A stretch of DNA of 64,000 nt from Eledone cirrhosa (lineage: Eukaryota), in assembly GCA_964016885.1 (NCBI GenBank), contig OZ024761.1:7936001-8000000 (forward strand), given 5' to 3'. How positions within the stretch are numbered: position 1 is the first letter of the stretch; each line of letters begins with the position of its first letter. The notes beneath the pieces were generated by a model. The model saw only the letters and a program-made list of their open reading frames with translations, did not search any database and was not told the DNA's origin. A program made the position numbers and the translations under genes. This document shows positions 53,732-64,000 of this stretch, one piece after another.

Positions 53732-54144
53732 ATATTGTTATACTTTGGGAGGGTCATGTTGCCAATAAGAAACACACGCACCAGTTGCTTTCACTTCAAT
53801 TTATTATATATTTATAAATTTATAAATTTACAAATCTACAAATTTATAAATTTCTGGTTGGTTGGTTGGTTCCACAACCAGATAGTTGTTTATATATAGT
53901 CATAGTCCTTTCGTCACACACTCTGTGACCTCTTCAGTGACTGGGGATTCCTTTCTTTGTTTCTGTGCCTTTCCTTTCCCAAGGAAATATATAAACAACT
54001 ATCTGGTTGTGGAACCAACCAACCAACCAGAAATTTATAAATTTGTAAATTTATAAATTTATAAATATATAATAAATTGAAGTGAAAGCAACTGGTGCGT
54101 GTGTTTCTTATTGGCAACATGACCCTCCCAAAGTATAACAATAT
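53732..54144. mobile_element. Fold-back element: inverted arms 53732-53897 and 53987-54144 around a hammerhead; Penelope-like pseudo-LTR remnant
   Basis: Arms of about 160 bp are near-perfect reverse complements; the spacer holds a hammerhead fold. Confidence 0.75.
53898..53942 (-). ncRNA. Minimal type I hammerhead ribozyme
   Basis: Minus strand AGTCA-CTGAAGA-G-GTCACA-GAGTG-TGTGAC-GAAA-GGAC-TA-TGACT: stem I 5 bp, stem II 6 bp, vestigial stem III, CUA triplet. Confidence 0.8.
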
Positions 54145-54198
54145 CGGTTTCAACACACGATTTCAGATAAAGAATCTTGCTAAACAAATTCAGAAACG

Positions 54199-54226
<28 letters not shown>

Positions 54227-54232
<6 letters not shown>

Positions 54233-54489
54233 ATAATAATAAAATTGAAGACTAAAATCCAAAGAGGGCTCGATAAGGAAAATATATATTAAATATATAA
54301 GAACCGTCGAGCAAATATTTATTAAAATAACAGATTAAAGTTTAAGCAAGGAATCGCTGCTTTTACCCTTAACGGGATCTTCTGAAACTAACAAAGTCAA
54401 TCTGTAAACGCAGAACTGGATATTTCAAAAACCGTTGCAACCGGAGGAAGACAAGCGATTCTTTGCTTAAACTTTAATCTGTTATTTTA

Positions 54490-54497
<8 letters not shown>
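54227..54497 (-). mobile_element. Penelope-like repeat family X, copy 1 (hammerhead-like fold 54330-54405; short inverted arm 54454-54497)
   Basis: About 225 bp directly repeated at 59147-59372; 54454-54497 is the reverse complement of about 54315-54358; flanked by (TA)n. Confidence 0.7.
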
Positions 54498-54526
<29 letters not shown>

Positions 54527-54527
<1 letters not shown>

Positions 54528-55235
54528 CATCTTCATCATCATCATCATACGTCTGCTTTCCTTGCTTGCAATGGTGGGACAGGCCCTTTTCAGCACACCA
54601 TTTCTCCATTCGTCACAGTCCTTTGTCATCTCCTCTATGAGTTTCAGCGATCTGAGGTCTGCTCTCACCACCTCCACACATGATTTTCATGATCTTCCTC
54701 TACTGCATCTTCCTTCCACTAGGATTTCTTAGCACTTCTTTACCCAGCAGTCATCCTCCATGCGCATCACATGTCCATACCAACGCAGTCTTCTCTTCTG
54801 CACACTACAGTTTATCCCTCTTATACACAGTCTCTCTCTCAACTCGTCTATGCTTGGTCATTCACCCACATTGACATTGCACATCCACCGGAGCATGCTT
54901 GCTTCATTTCTCTCCAGCCGTCTCATATCCTCCACAGTTGCTGCCCATGTCTCACTACCATACAAGCATCATATAACCGACCTTTTGTTTGTAGGGAGAA
55001 ACCCTTCTTTGTCAACAGAGAAAACTGCTCCCTAAACTTCTTCCAACCCATCTTTATTCTATGGCCTCGGAGCACCCTCCTCCCTTGCTAATTTGATCGC
55101 CTAAGTATCGGAAGCTATCAACCACCTCTATAGATCCTACCTGCATTTGAAAAATGTGTCTATCAAATTTCTACTATCAAATTTCCCTGAACATCTACTG
55201 CATATGTAGTTTTCCGTACCTGTTAGTTTGTCTGC

Positions 55236-55238
<3 letters not shown>
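54527..55238 (-). mobile_element. RTE family A, older 5'-truncated copy with small deletions
   Basis: Colinear with about 45850-46597; (TGA)n tail. Confidence 0.92.
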
Positions 55239-55435
<197 letters not shown>

Positions 55436-55436
55436 C

Positions 55437-58400
55437 CATCATCATTGTTTAACGTCTATCTTCCATGCTAGCATGGGTTTAGATGGGAGTTGTCCTACTT
55501 GAGGCAAGAATTGTCGAGTGACCATGTCTCGCTTGTAGAGGACTGTCTGGCAAGTTTTCTACGGCTGGATGCCCTTCCTAACACCAGCCATGTTTACAGT
55601 GTGGACTGGGAGGTTTTTACCGTGTTACCTACACGGCCACATTACAGCGTGGACTGTCTGTTTTTTTGTCGTGACACCTACACGACCTCATTTATTTTGG
55701 ACTGGATTTTGTGGTACCAACATAACTTTACAGAGAGAGGGTGGTGTTGGTGGGGGTTGGAGTAGGGGTAGTGGGATGGGGTATATATTTGGTTAAGAGG
55801 TGACTACTGACTGTAGGTTTCGCTTTGTACTTAGGCAAGGCGGGTCTTCTGTATTACTGTGTAGCGCCAAAGATCTCGGTCCAGTGAGATTGTCTTGGAG
55901 AGGTGTAAGTGTGTAAGGTCGGAATTTATCAAATCGTGCCAGGTTTTTCTGGGTCTACCTATTCCGTAGCTTCCATCTATTTTGATCGCCCTGCACTTTT
56001 TTATACAGCTGTCGTCTTTCATGCACATCACGTGACCATATCAACGTAGTCTTCTCTCGAGTAAACAGCATCTGATCCCTCTTATTCCTAATTTCTCACT
56101 TAGTTCATTTATGCTTTGCCGTTCACGTATATTACTATTACACATCCAGCGGAGCATGCAAGCTTCGTTCCTCTCCAGTCTACGTATATCCTCTGCACGT
56201 AATGCCCATGTCCCACTGCCATGTAACATTGCTGTTCGTATACAGGCATCATACAATCTGCTTCTCATTTTTAGAGAGAAACCTTTAGTGGCCAAAAGTG
56301 GTATCAGCTCTCTAAACTTTTTCCATCCCGTTCTGACTCTGGCTACTGTACTTTCAGAGCACCCTCCACCACTGCTGATTTTGTTACCCAGGTAACGGAA
56401 GGCGTCCACTATTTCTATAGAACCATCTGGGCAATAGAAGGATCTAGTATCCTGTGGGCACTTGCTATTTATTGCACCTGAGCATCGGCCACATATAAAA
56501 TTTACGTTCTTAGATAGCTTACCTGTGATCCCACTATATCTTTTATGTAGCCATAGTTTGCATTTGGGACATAAAATGGAATTTCTGCCTACTCCTTTCC
56601 TACACACTGAGCATGGCCATTTCCCAGAGGGTACCTGTACCCTATTTTCCTTTCTACAAACTAGAACTTTAGTCTTAGACAAGTTAACTTTAAGGCCTTT
56701 TGATTCTAGGCCATGCTTCCATGTTTGGAATTTCTTCTCTAGTTCGGCCATAGATTCAGCTATGAGAGTTAGATCATCTGAGTATAGAAGTTCCCATGGG
56801 CAGCCGGTCTTGAATTCCTCTGTTATAGCCTGAAGGGCAATAATAAATAGAAGGGGCTAAGGACAGATCTTTGATGAACACCAACTTTTACGCTAAATTC
56901 TTCACTATATTCGTTGTTAATTCTAACCTTGCTGACTGGTTCTTTATACACGGCTTGTACAGCTCTCACAAGCCATTCATCAACACCTATTTTTGTAAGA
57001 GCCAACCAGATAATGGAGAGGCGGGGACTCTGTCAAAAGCTTTCTCCAAGTCAAGAAAAGCTAAGTATAGGGGTTTACTTTTAGCTAGGTACTTCTCCTG
57101 TAGTTGTCATACAAGGAAAAGAACATCTGTGGTACTTTTACCTGACACAAACCCAAACTGCATTTCATCTAGGTCAATTTGCTCTCTGATTAGTTGCACT
57201 ATAACTCTTTCTGTGACCTTCATGACCTGGTCAACCAATTTAATGCCTCTATAGTTTCCCCTATCTAGGGCATCTCCTTTACCCTTGTAACAGTTAATGA
57301 TGATGCTACTACGCCAGTCATTTGGTATGACCTCATTCTGTATGACTTGGTTTACTATCCGGGTGACCATAGTGTGTCCCACCATTTCAGATGCTTTCAG
57401 CATTTCAGCAACTATCTCCGAAGGCCCAGCTGCCCTGCCTGTCTTCATATCTTTGATTGCCTTACTTATTATACTACCTTTAACTTGCACTGCTGGTCCT
57501 TCTATTGGATCGATGTGGGGGAGACTTTTTCCCATTTATTCTCCTCATTTAGTAGCCTCTTGTAGTGACACTTCCAAGCTACCTTCTTATCAGCATCAAT
57601 GATGGCAAGTACACCATCATCATTACGGACACACTTCTCCCCGACAATATCACAGTTTTCCTTGACACATTGTCTTGCAATCCTGAACAATTCACGTTTT
57701 TGGTCCTTGCGGTGTAGAACATGCTTGAACTTTCTTTCCTCTGCTTCCCTTCTTGCAAGGTACACTTGTCTCCTAGCTTCTCTCCTGGCCACTTGATAGT
57801 GTTCTCTACTTCCCCCATCCCGCCATACATTCCAAGCCTGCTTTTTGGCCTTGATTGTCACCTCCACCTTACTGTTCCACCACCAAGCTACTCTCCCCAT
57901 GCCTATAGGTCTGCTCCAGCCACAGATTTCATCTGTTGCCTTCAGCAGGTTAACTTTCAAGAATTCCCACTGTTCCTCTATATTGTACGTCTCTAATTGC
58001 TCTTCCTTACTGTCAAAAGCATCAACTAATATGCTTTTAAATTTGTTACTGGCTGTGGGGTCGTTTAACTTCCATATTCTTCTCCTCAGGGTAGTCCTCC
58101 TCTGTTGTTGAGTACGTCTAGTCCTGAGGCTATGTTGGGAGGTGCATTCTTCACAGGGGAGGGATTTAGTGTTTACAACAGACACTCTGTCACGTCTTCT
58201 AGTAAGGATATAATCTATCTGGCTGGCGTGTTCCCCTGATCTATAGGTGATCAAGTGATTGTCTCATTTTTTTAAGTTTGTGTTACAGATAGATTATTAG
58301 CGTTACAGAATTCCAGGATTCTGAAGCCTTCCTCATTTCTAGTACCAACCCATAGCCTCCATGGATTCCGTCATAGCCGTCACAATGTTGTCCAACGTGA

Positions 58401-59110
58401 CCATTAAGGTCGCCAGCAATAATTATGTAGTCACTGTCGGTTATTTGGGAGGTAGTGTGCATTAGCGACTCATAGAACCTGTCTTTTATAACGTCAAGTG
58501 GGCCAGATTGGGGTGAATAAGCCGATATTATTGACACAGTAGTTCTATTTAGGACTAGCCTTATTTTAATTATTCTATCATTCACTCTATTTACAGCAAT
58601 TACCGACCCATTTTTCTGCTAACATAATTCCTACTCCACCCAGCCCATTGTTATTTCCTACCCAGAAAAGTTTAGAGCATCGTTTTTTACCCACAATGAA
58701 TCTAGCAGACCCACCCCTCCACCTAGTCTCTTGAATACAATAAACATCAACTTCCTTATGTTCAAGCATCTCTACAACCTCATTTGAGCGACCTTTTAAA
58801 GTGCCTACATTCATGGTACCAACTCTGAAGTTTTGGGTTTCATTGGGTGGGTGGAAGGGATGGGTTGGAGGCGTAGGGAGGGGTGAGGGGGATGGGGTTA
58901 TGTAAGCCATCCGTGTCTGAAATAAAGTCCTTGCATTCTCGTCCGGCAACAGGAGGTGAATTTATCTTTATCTTCGACATTGACATTGACATTGAGTGTT
59001 CACATTCTTCAGACTCTCCAAATCCTGTAGTCCATCTAACATATCGGAAAGATACCAGGTCTAAACTTAAGGAGTGATAGCCGAGGCGGTGGTTTTGTGA
59101 AAGAGTGGTT
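55437..59110 (-). mobile_element. RTE-clade LINE, probably full-length, frameshifted (related to family B but a distinct subfamily)
   Basis: NVGTLKGRS, QETRWRG, AGDLNGH, SQIDYIL, NYRGIKL, QFGF, YSDD, C4HC3-like finger, RRLR; ~390-nt 3' UTR; (TA)n on both sides; 5' limit approximate. Confidence 0.93.
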
Positions 59111-59146
59111 TTGTAAGAGAGACATATTAAATATATATATGTATGT

Positions 59147-60207
59147 ATAGTAATAATAATAAAATTGAAGACTAAAATCCAAAGAGGGCTCGATAAGGAA
59201 AATATATATCAAATATATAAGAACCGAAGAGCAAATATTTATTAAAATAACAGATTAAAGTTTAAGCAAAGAATCGCTGCTTTCACTCTTAACGGGATCT
59301 TTTGAAACTAACAAAGTCAATCTGTAAACGCAGAACTGGATATTTCAAAAAACGTTGCAACCGGAGGAAGACAGGAAGATGATACTTTGGTTCATGGTGA
59401 CGTTCGCTGGCAAAGAACGGGAAAAAACGAATAATACGTCATTAATAGGAGCGGTGAAAAACAATTACGCGCAAAGACAGGAGCACGTTTATGGTATAAA
59501 AGAGGTCGTAGACTAATGTTCTCTAAGTGGTGCATAGAGACGTTCTGTGGCAATGAACGAAAAAACGAAGATAATAAGTCATATGTGGAGCGTGGAGAAC
59601 AATAGCACGCAAAGACAAAACCACGTAAATGGTATAGCAGAAGTTGTAGACTAAAATTCTAACTAGGAGACCGAATGAATCTCCGCTACAGAGTTAAGAA
59701 CAAAGTAAATAAATACAATACAGAAGTAATAGAAACAAATAAATACATACACACAAACAGATACGTACATACACAAGCATACGCAAAACCTTACCATAGG
59801 TATACAAAACCACGCACATATAAATATGTGTATGTGTGTATGCTTGTGTACAAATAAATAAATAATTATATAAACGTATATAAGTAAATAAATACGTATA
59901 TAACAAGCGCACACACATACCTACAAATAAATACATGAAGGTTCGGAGACGTAAGTCAACTAAAACAAGAAGTACACATATACACACACCCACCATACGT
60001 ACGAACCTGCATACTCACGCAGACGCAAAACTCCCATATACACATAACCAAACAAAGTATCGTCTTCCTGTCTTCCTCCGGTTGCAACGTTTTTTGAAAT
60101 ATCCAGTTCTGCGTTTACAGATTGACTTTGTTAGTTTCAGAAGATCCCGTTAAGGGTGAAAGCAGCGATTCTTTGCTTAAACTTTAATCTGTTATTTTAA
60201 TAAATAT
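59147..60207. mobile_element. Penelope-like repeat family X, copy 2, with 155-bp inverted arms (59235-59389 / 60053-60207) and an internal ~140-bp tandem duplication (59401-59668)
   Basis: Arms are reverse complements, each containing the hammerhead-like fold; bounded by (TA)n. Confidence 0.75.
60117..60192 (+). ncRNA. Type I hammerhead-like fold with variant core CAGAAGA
   Basis: ACAGATTGA-ctttgtt-AGTTT CAGAAGA tCCC-gttaa-GGGt GAA AGCA-gcgattctt-TGCT T AAACT TTAATCTGT: all three stems pair. Confidence 0.7.
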
Positions 60208-60442
60208 ATGTATGTATATATATATATGTATATATATATATGTATATATATATGTATATATATATATATATGTATATAAATATATGTATATATATATATA
60301 TGTATATATATATATGTATATATATGTATATATATGTATATATATATATGTATATATATGTATATATATGTATATATATATACGTATATATATGTATATA
60401 TATATATGTATATATATGTATATATATATATATATGTATATA
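60205..60442. repeat. (TA)n/(TATG) microsatellite
   Basis: Direct. Confidence 0.95.
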
Positions 60443-60836
60443 AGAGGGTAATCCCAAAAGTAAGGTCTCCAAAGCGATGGGGGACGCAGAGAAACTGTTT
60501 GTACGGCTGTTGGCAACACTGTTGTGATTGGTGCTTCCTTCACTCCCAAACAAGTATGCGCGCGCTTCGCTGCGATGCTCAATCTTGGCTTGGCAGCCGT
60601 TGAGAATGGAGCTCCCGTTGAACGCTACCGCCAAGTGCGTATTTCGCGCAGTTATTATATAGAGGGCAATCCCAAAAGTAAGGTCCCCTTCCGAAGAAAA
60701 CATGCGTAAAGATTGGCGGATCACTCTGGATGCTCTCTGTATTTTGGTTCCTGAGGTTTCCCGAAGCACCATCCGCAGGATTTTAACGGAAAAGTTGCAA
60801 TATCGGAAGGAGACCTTACTTTTGGGATTGCCCTCA
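60443..60836 (+). mobile_element. Internally deleted mariner (Tc1/mariner) derivative with an extra internal TIR
   Basis: TIRs GAGGGTAATCCCAAAAGTAAGGTCTCC (60444-60470) and GGAGACCTTACTTTTGGGATTGCCCTC (60809-60835), TA flanks; transposase-like pieces [17 protein letters not shown] (60606) and [27 protein letters not shown]. Confidence 0.88.
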
Positions 60837-60840
60837 TATA

Positions 60841-60891
<51 letters not shown>

Positions 60892-61018
60892 GTATATAGG
60901 AAAATGTTCAGGACCCCGACGGCAGAGCTCAAGCTCCTATTACCCACTCTACTATCCAAAGTATTGAGTACTCTGGTGCATTATGGTCCACCTAGTTCCT
61001 TACCACACTTCCTTCGTT

Positions 61019-61144
61019 ATCATCATCACCGTTTTATGTCCGTTCTTCCACGCTAGCATGGGTTAGACGGGTTGTCCTGTTGTGGGCAGTAGCTGGACTG
61101 CTGGCCATGTCTTGCTCATACGGGAACTGGTTCTGGCTTGATTC
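61019..61144 (-). mobile_element. 3' terminal fragment of an RTE/SINE with type-2 tail
   Basis: Matches about 63575-63697. Confidence 0.85.
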
Positions 61145-61366
61145 TGCTGCATGGTAGTGAGGCATGGGCAGCAACTGGAAGACGCAGGAGAGGAAGACCA
61201 CGAAAATCACCGGCGGAGGTGGTGAGAGCAGACCTCAGATCTCGCTGAAACTCACGGAGGAGATGACGAAGCACCGTGACAAATGGAGAGATGCTGTGCT
61301 GAATAGGACCCGTCCCACCCTTGCAAGCAGGGAAAAGCGGATGTAAAATGATGATGATGATGATGA
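61145..61366 (+). mobile_element. RTE family A 3' fragment with internal deletion
   Basis: LHGSEAWAAT joined to GRRRRGRPRK...RDAVLNRTRPTLASREKR and a (TGA)n tail. Confidence 0.9.
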
Positions 61367-61384
61367 TCATCATCATCATGTATA

Positions 61385-61730
61385 TCATCATCATCATCAT
61401 CATTTCATTTTACGTCCGCTTTTTTCCCTGCTTGCAAGGGTGGGACGGGAACTGATTCTGGCTTGATTTCTACAGCTGGATGCCCTTCCTAACCAACCTC
61501 ATTTACAGTGAGTGCTGGGTGCTTTTTTGCCGTGGCACCTCCACGACCACTTTACAGTGGAATGATAGGGACCCCAGTCCCTATCATCTCATTTCTACAG
61601 CTGAGTAAACTGGAGCAATGTGAAATAAAGTGTCTTGCTCAAGGAAACAACACATCACCCGGTCTGAGAATTGAACTCACAACCTTTCGATTGCAAGGCC
61701 AATGCTCTAACCACTAAGCCATGTGCCTCC
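61385..61730 (-). mobile_element. Full-length SINE family 1
   Basis: Near-identical to 53371-53719. Confidence 0.95.
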
Positions 61731-61841
61731 ATATATATATATGTATATGTAAATATGAATATATGAATATGTATGTGTATATATATGGATGTATATATGT
61801 TATATTTGGGGAAGGTCATATTGTTATAATATTGCCAGAAA

Positions 61842-61945
61842 TCTATACATATATATAAAACTGAAATTGTCTGTGAGCGTGTCCTAAGTTTTGCAAATCC
61901 TATACAAATCCACATTTCTACTCCGATTGACTTCAAACTTGCATT
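61842..61945 (+). mobile_element. Possible 5' end of a Helitron-like element
   Basis: TCTATACATATATATAAAACTGA..TGTCTGT..CCGATT..TTCAAACTT resembles the 5' part of 48431-48530. Confidence 0.5.
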
Positions 61946-62159
61946 TATATATTCTTTGCGGTCTAAAGATATTAACTGCAGCTTTTATTTTTCAATTTTC
62001 TGTTGTTAAAGGGATGTTAGGCGCCGGTTATTGATCTCTCTTTCTTTCTTAGTCTGTCTTTTTAGATAGATACATAGCTATAACGTCGCGCACTTATAAT
62101 ATCTGTCTGTATGTCTAGCTGTCTGCATTACGACATTATGACAAATATTGTTCTCATTG

Positions 62160-62327
62160 GTGACGTATTATCTTCGCTATTTTCCGTTCATTGCCAGGGA
62201 ACGTCTTCACGAACCAAAATATCGTCTTCCTGTTTTCCTTCGGTTGCAACGTTTTTCGAAATATTTTCTTCTGCGTTCACAGATTGATTTTTTTTAGTTT
62301 CAGAAGATCCCGTTAAGGGTGAAAGCA
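62160..62327 (+). mobile_element. Repeat family X, diverged copy 3, truncated inside the hammerhead-like fold
   Basis: Reverse-complement match to about 59278-59445; ends ...AGTTTCAGAAGATCCCGTTAAGGGTGAAAGCA. Confidence 0.75.
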
Positions 62328-63367
62328 CACGTAATCAATGTCAATGTTACTGCTGCTACCTAGGACTCTCATTACCACACTGAACTTTCACCTTTATGTT
62401 CTGCATTTCCATCCACAGGCCAACATGGAATGGTCTTCATAGTAGTCAGTTTATTGAGGGAGAAACAGAAGGGTCTCGAATTTGCCGTCCAAAAAACCCA
62501 TTGACAATAACGAAACCCGCTAACATCAACGCAGGATGATACATTGTAGGTCGCTTTAACCCATCTTTTATTAATCAAAAAACTTCTTGCCAATAAACAT
62601 TAACCCTTTGTGCACCATTCATCTAACTGTAGACCAACAAATACCAACTAAACGGAGCGTTGACAAGAACGAGGTAAGCAGTTTCCTCTTGAGCTGTTAG
62701 TTCATGTGGGATTCTCTGCTACACCTTTTCATAATAATACCGAACAACGTACTGCTGGTCACTCCTTCCCCCAAAAGCTGTACAAAGCAGACATGTGCAT
62801 CGGGCAGATGGATCGGGTGCAAATCTACACCAGGCCTATGCGAGAAATTCGCAAGGGACTGCACCGAGAGGAATAGAGAGAAAGAGTAACTTAGTGGAAA
62901 GAGTGTGAATGAACTTTTGAGGTAAGTAGCCTACGCTTTACTGCTATGACACTGGAACCTTCTGCCAACTTAACCTGTGACTTTCTCTTTCACATTTACT
63001 CCAATAGGCTAAAACAGAGGAGTATGAAAAGAAGGGGCTCAACAATATTTCTATGAACAATGCACGTAGACAGCTAAACTGTACTTTCAACTTCTTAATT
63101 TTCTCCAAATAAAACAAGTTTCCTGTCGGTATATTTTTGTGAGTTTTTATCAGGCACGCACAAATAAATGTCTCATTGGAGGTGCTATTACCAATGTTCT
63201 TACCTGTGCAATGCCGGGATACACTGCTAGTATATGATAAAACACACTCACTGTTTGGTTTGGGTTGGTTTTTGCTTTTGTATCTTTTATATCTCCATAG
63301 TTAATTTATCTGGTAATCAATGTTTATCATTGATTGACCAACAGTTAAAAATACAGATATATATATA

Positions 63368-63568
63368 TAATAATAATGATTGTTTCTACTTTTGGCACAA
63401 GGCCAGCAATTACCCCAGTGCATTACTTGTATTTTATTTTATCGACCCCGTAAGGATGAAAGGCAAAGTTAACCTCAGCGGGATTTGAACTCAGATCATA
63501 CAGGGAGGTAACTCTATGCTTCAAAGCATGGCATCCGACCCTCTACCGATACTGCCAATCCACCGCCT
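63368..63568 (-). mobile_element. tRNA-derived SINE family 2, internally deleted copy
   Basis: Matches 47547-47757; head GGCGGTGGATTGGCAGTATCGGTAGAG. Confidence 0.85.
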
Positions 63569-64000
63569 TCATCATCATCATCACCGTTTTATGTCCGTTC
63601 TTCCACGCTAGCATGGGTTAGACGGGTTGTCCTGTTGTGGGCAGTGTCTGGTCGGCTGACCATGCCTTGCTCATACAGAAACTGATTTGGCTTGATTTCT
63701 ACAGCTGGATGCCCTTCCTAACACCAACCTCATTTACAGTGAGTGCTGGGTGCTTTTTCGTGGCGCCTACACGTCCACTTTACAGTGTGGGCTGGGTGCT
63801 TTTTTGCCGTGGCACCTCCACGACCACCTTGCGGTGGGGGGAGTGGGGGCATATTGTTTATATGCTTCAGCATGTACCCATGGGAGGTCGGGTACCCTGT
63901 ATTACTGCGTGACGCCAGAAGTCACGGTCGTGTGTCATTGTCTTTGAGAGGTGTAGTTGGGTAAGGTCGGCTTTTATCACCTCATCCCAAGTCATCTTGG
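63569..64000 (-). mobile_element. RTE family B 3' end with type-2 tail, continuing off the right edge
   Basis: 63680-64000 is colinear with about 49180-49510 but the terminal ~110 nt differ. Confidence 0.92.

Noticed and set aside
62330-63360. Host exons (GAG|GTAAG donor-like sites near 62672 and 62921) or a piggyBac end (TTAACCCTTT at 62600)
   Set aside because: No recognisable protein motif and no matching second TIR found.

Overview
Eukaryotic, repeat-dominated window with no recognisable host gene; the SINE sequences resemble, from memory, those of octopus/cephalopods (inference only). Positions 1-32975 are a 43-bp satellite with kb-scale internal duplications. A piggyBac-type MITE and a rearranged CR1/L2-like LINE follow, then a second, unrelated 43/46-bp satellite (34749-44160) and a 20-bp minisatellite. 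From 45 to 64 kb there is a dense nest of RTE-clade LINEs (with a C4HC3 PHD-like finger inside the RT), tRNA-derived SINEs sharing the RTE 3' tail, a Helitron-like element, a mariner derivative and (TA)n tracts. The most notable observations are: three unrelated type I hammerhead-ribozyme folds, two of them in Penelope-like inverted-repeat elements and one family with a non-canonical CAGAAGA core; head-to-head fusions of 5'-truncated retroelements; a covarying 3' stem-loop with swapped tails among RTE/SINE families; and a multi-switch inversion at the CR1 5' end. All pairings, coordinates and spacings were read by eye; nothing was computed or searched.
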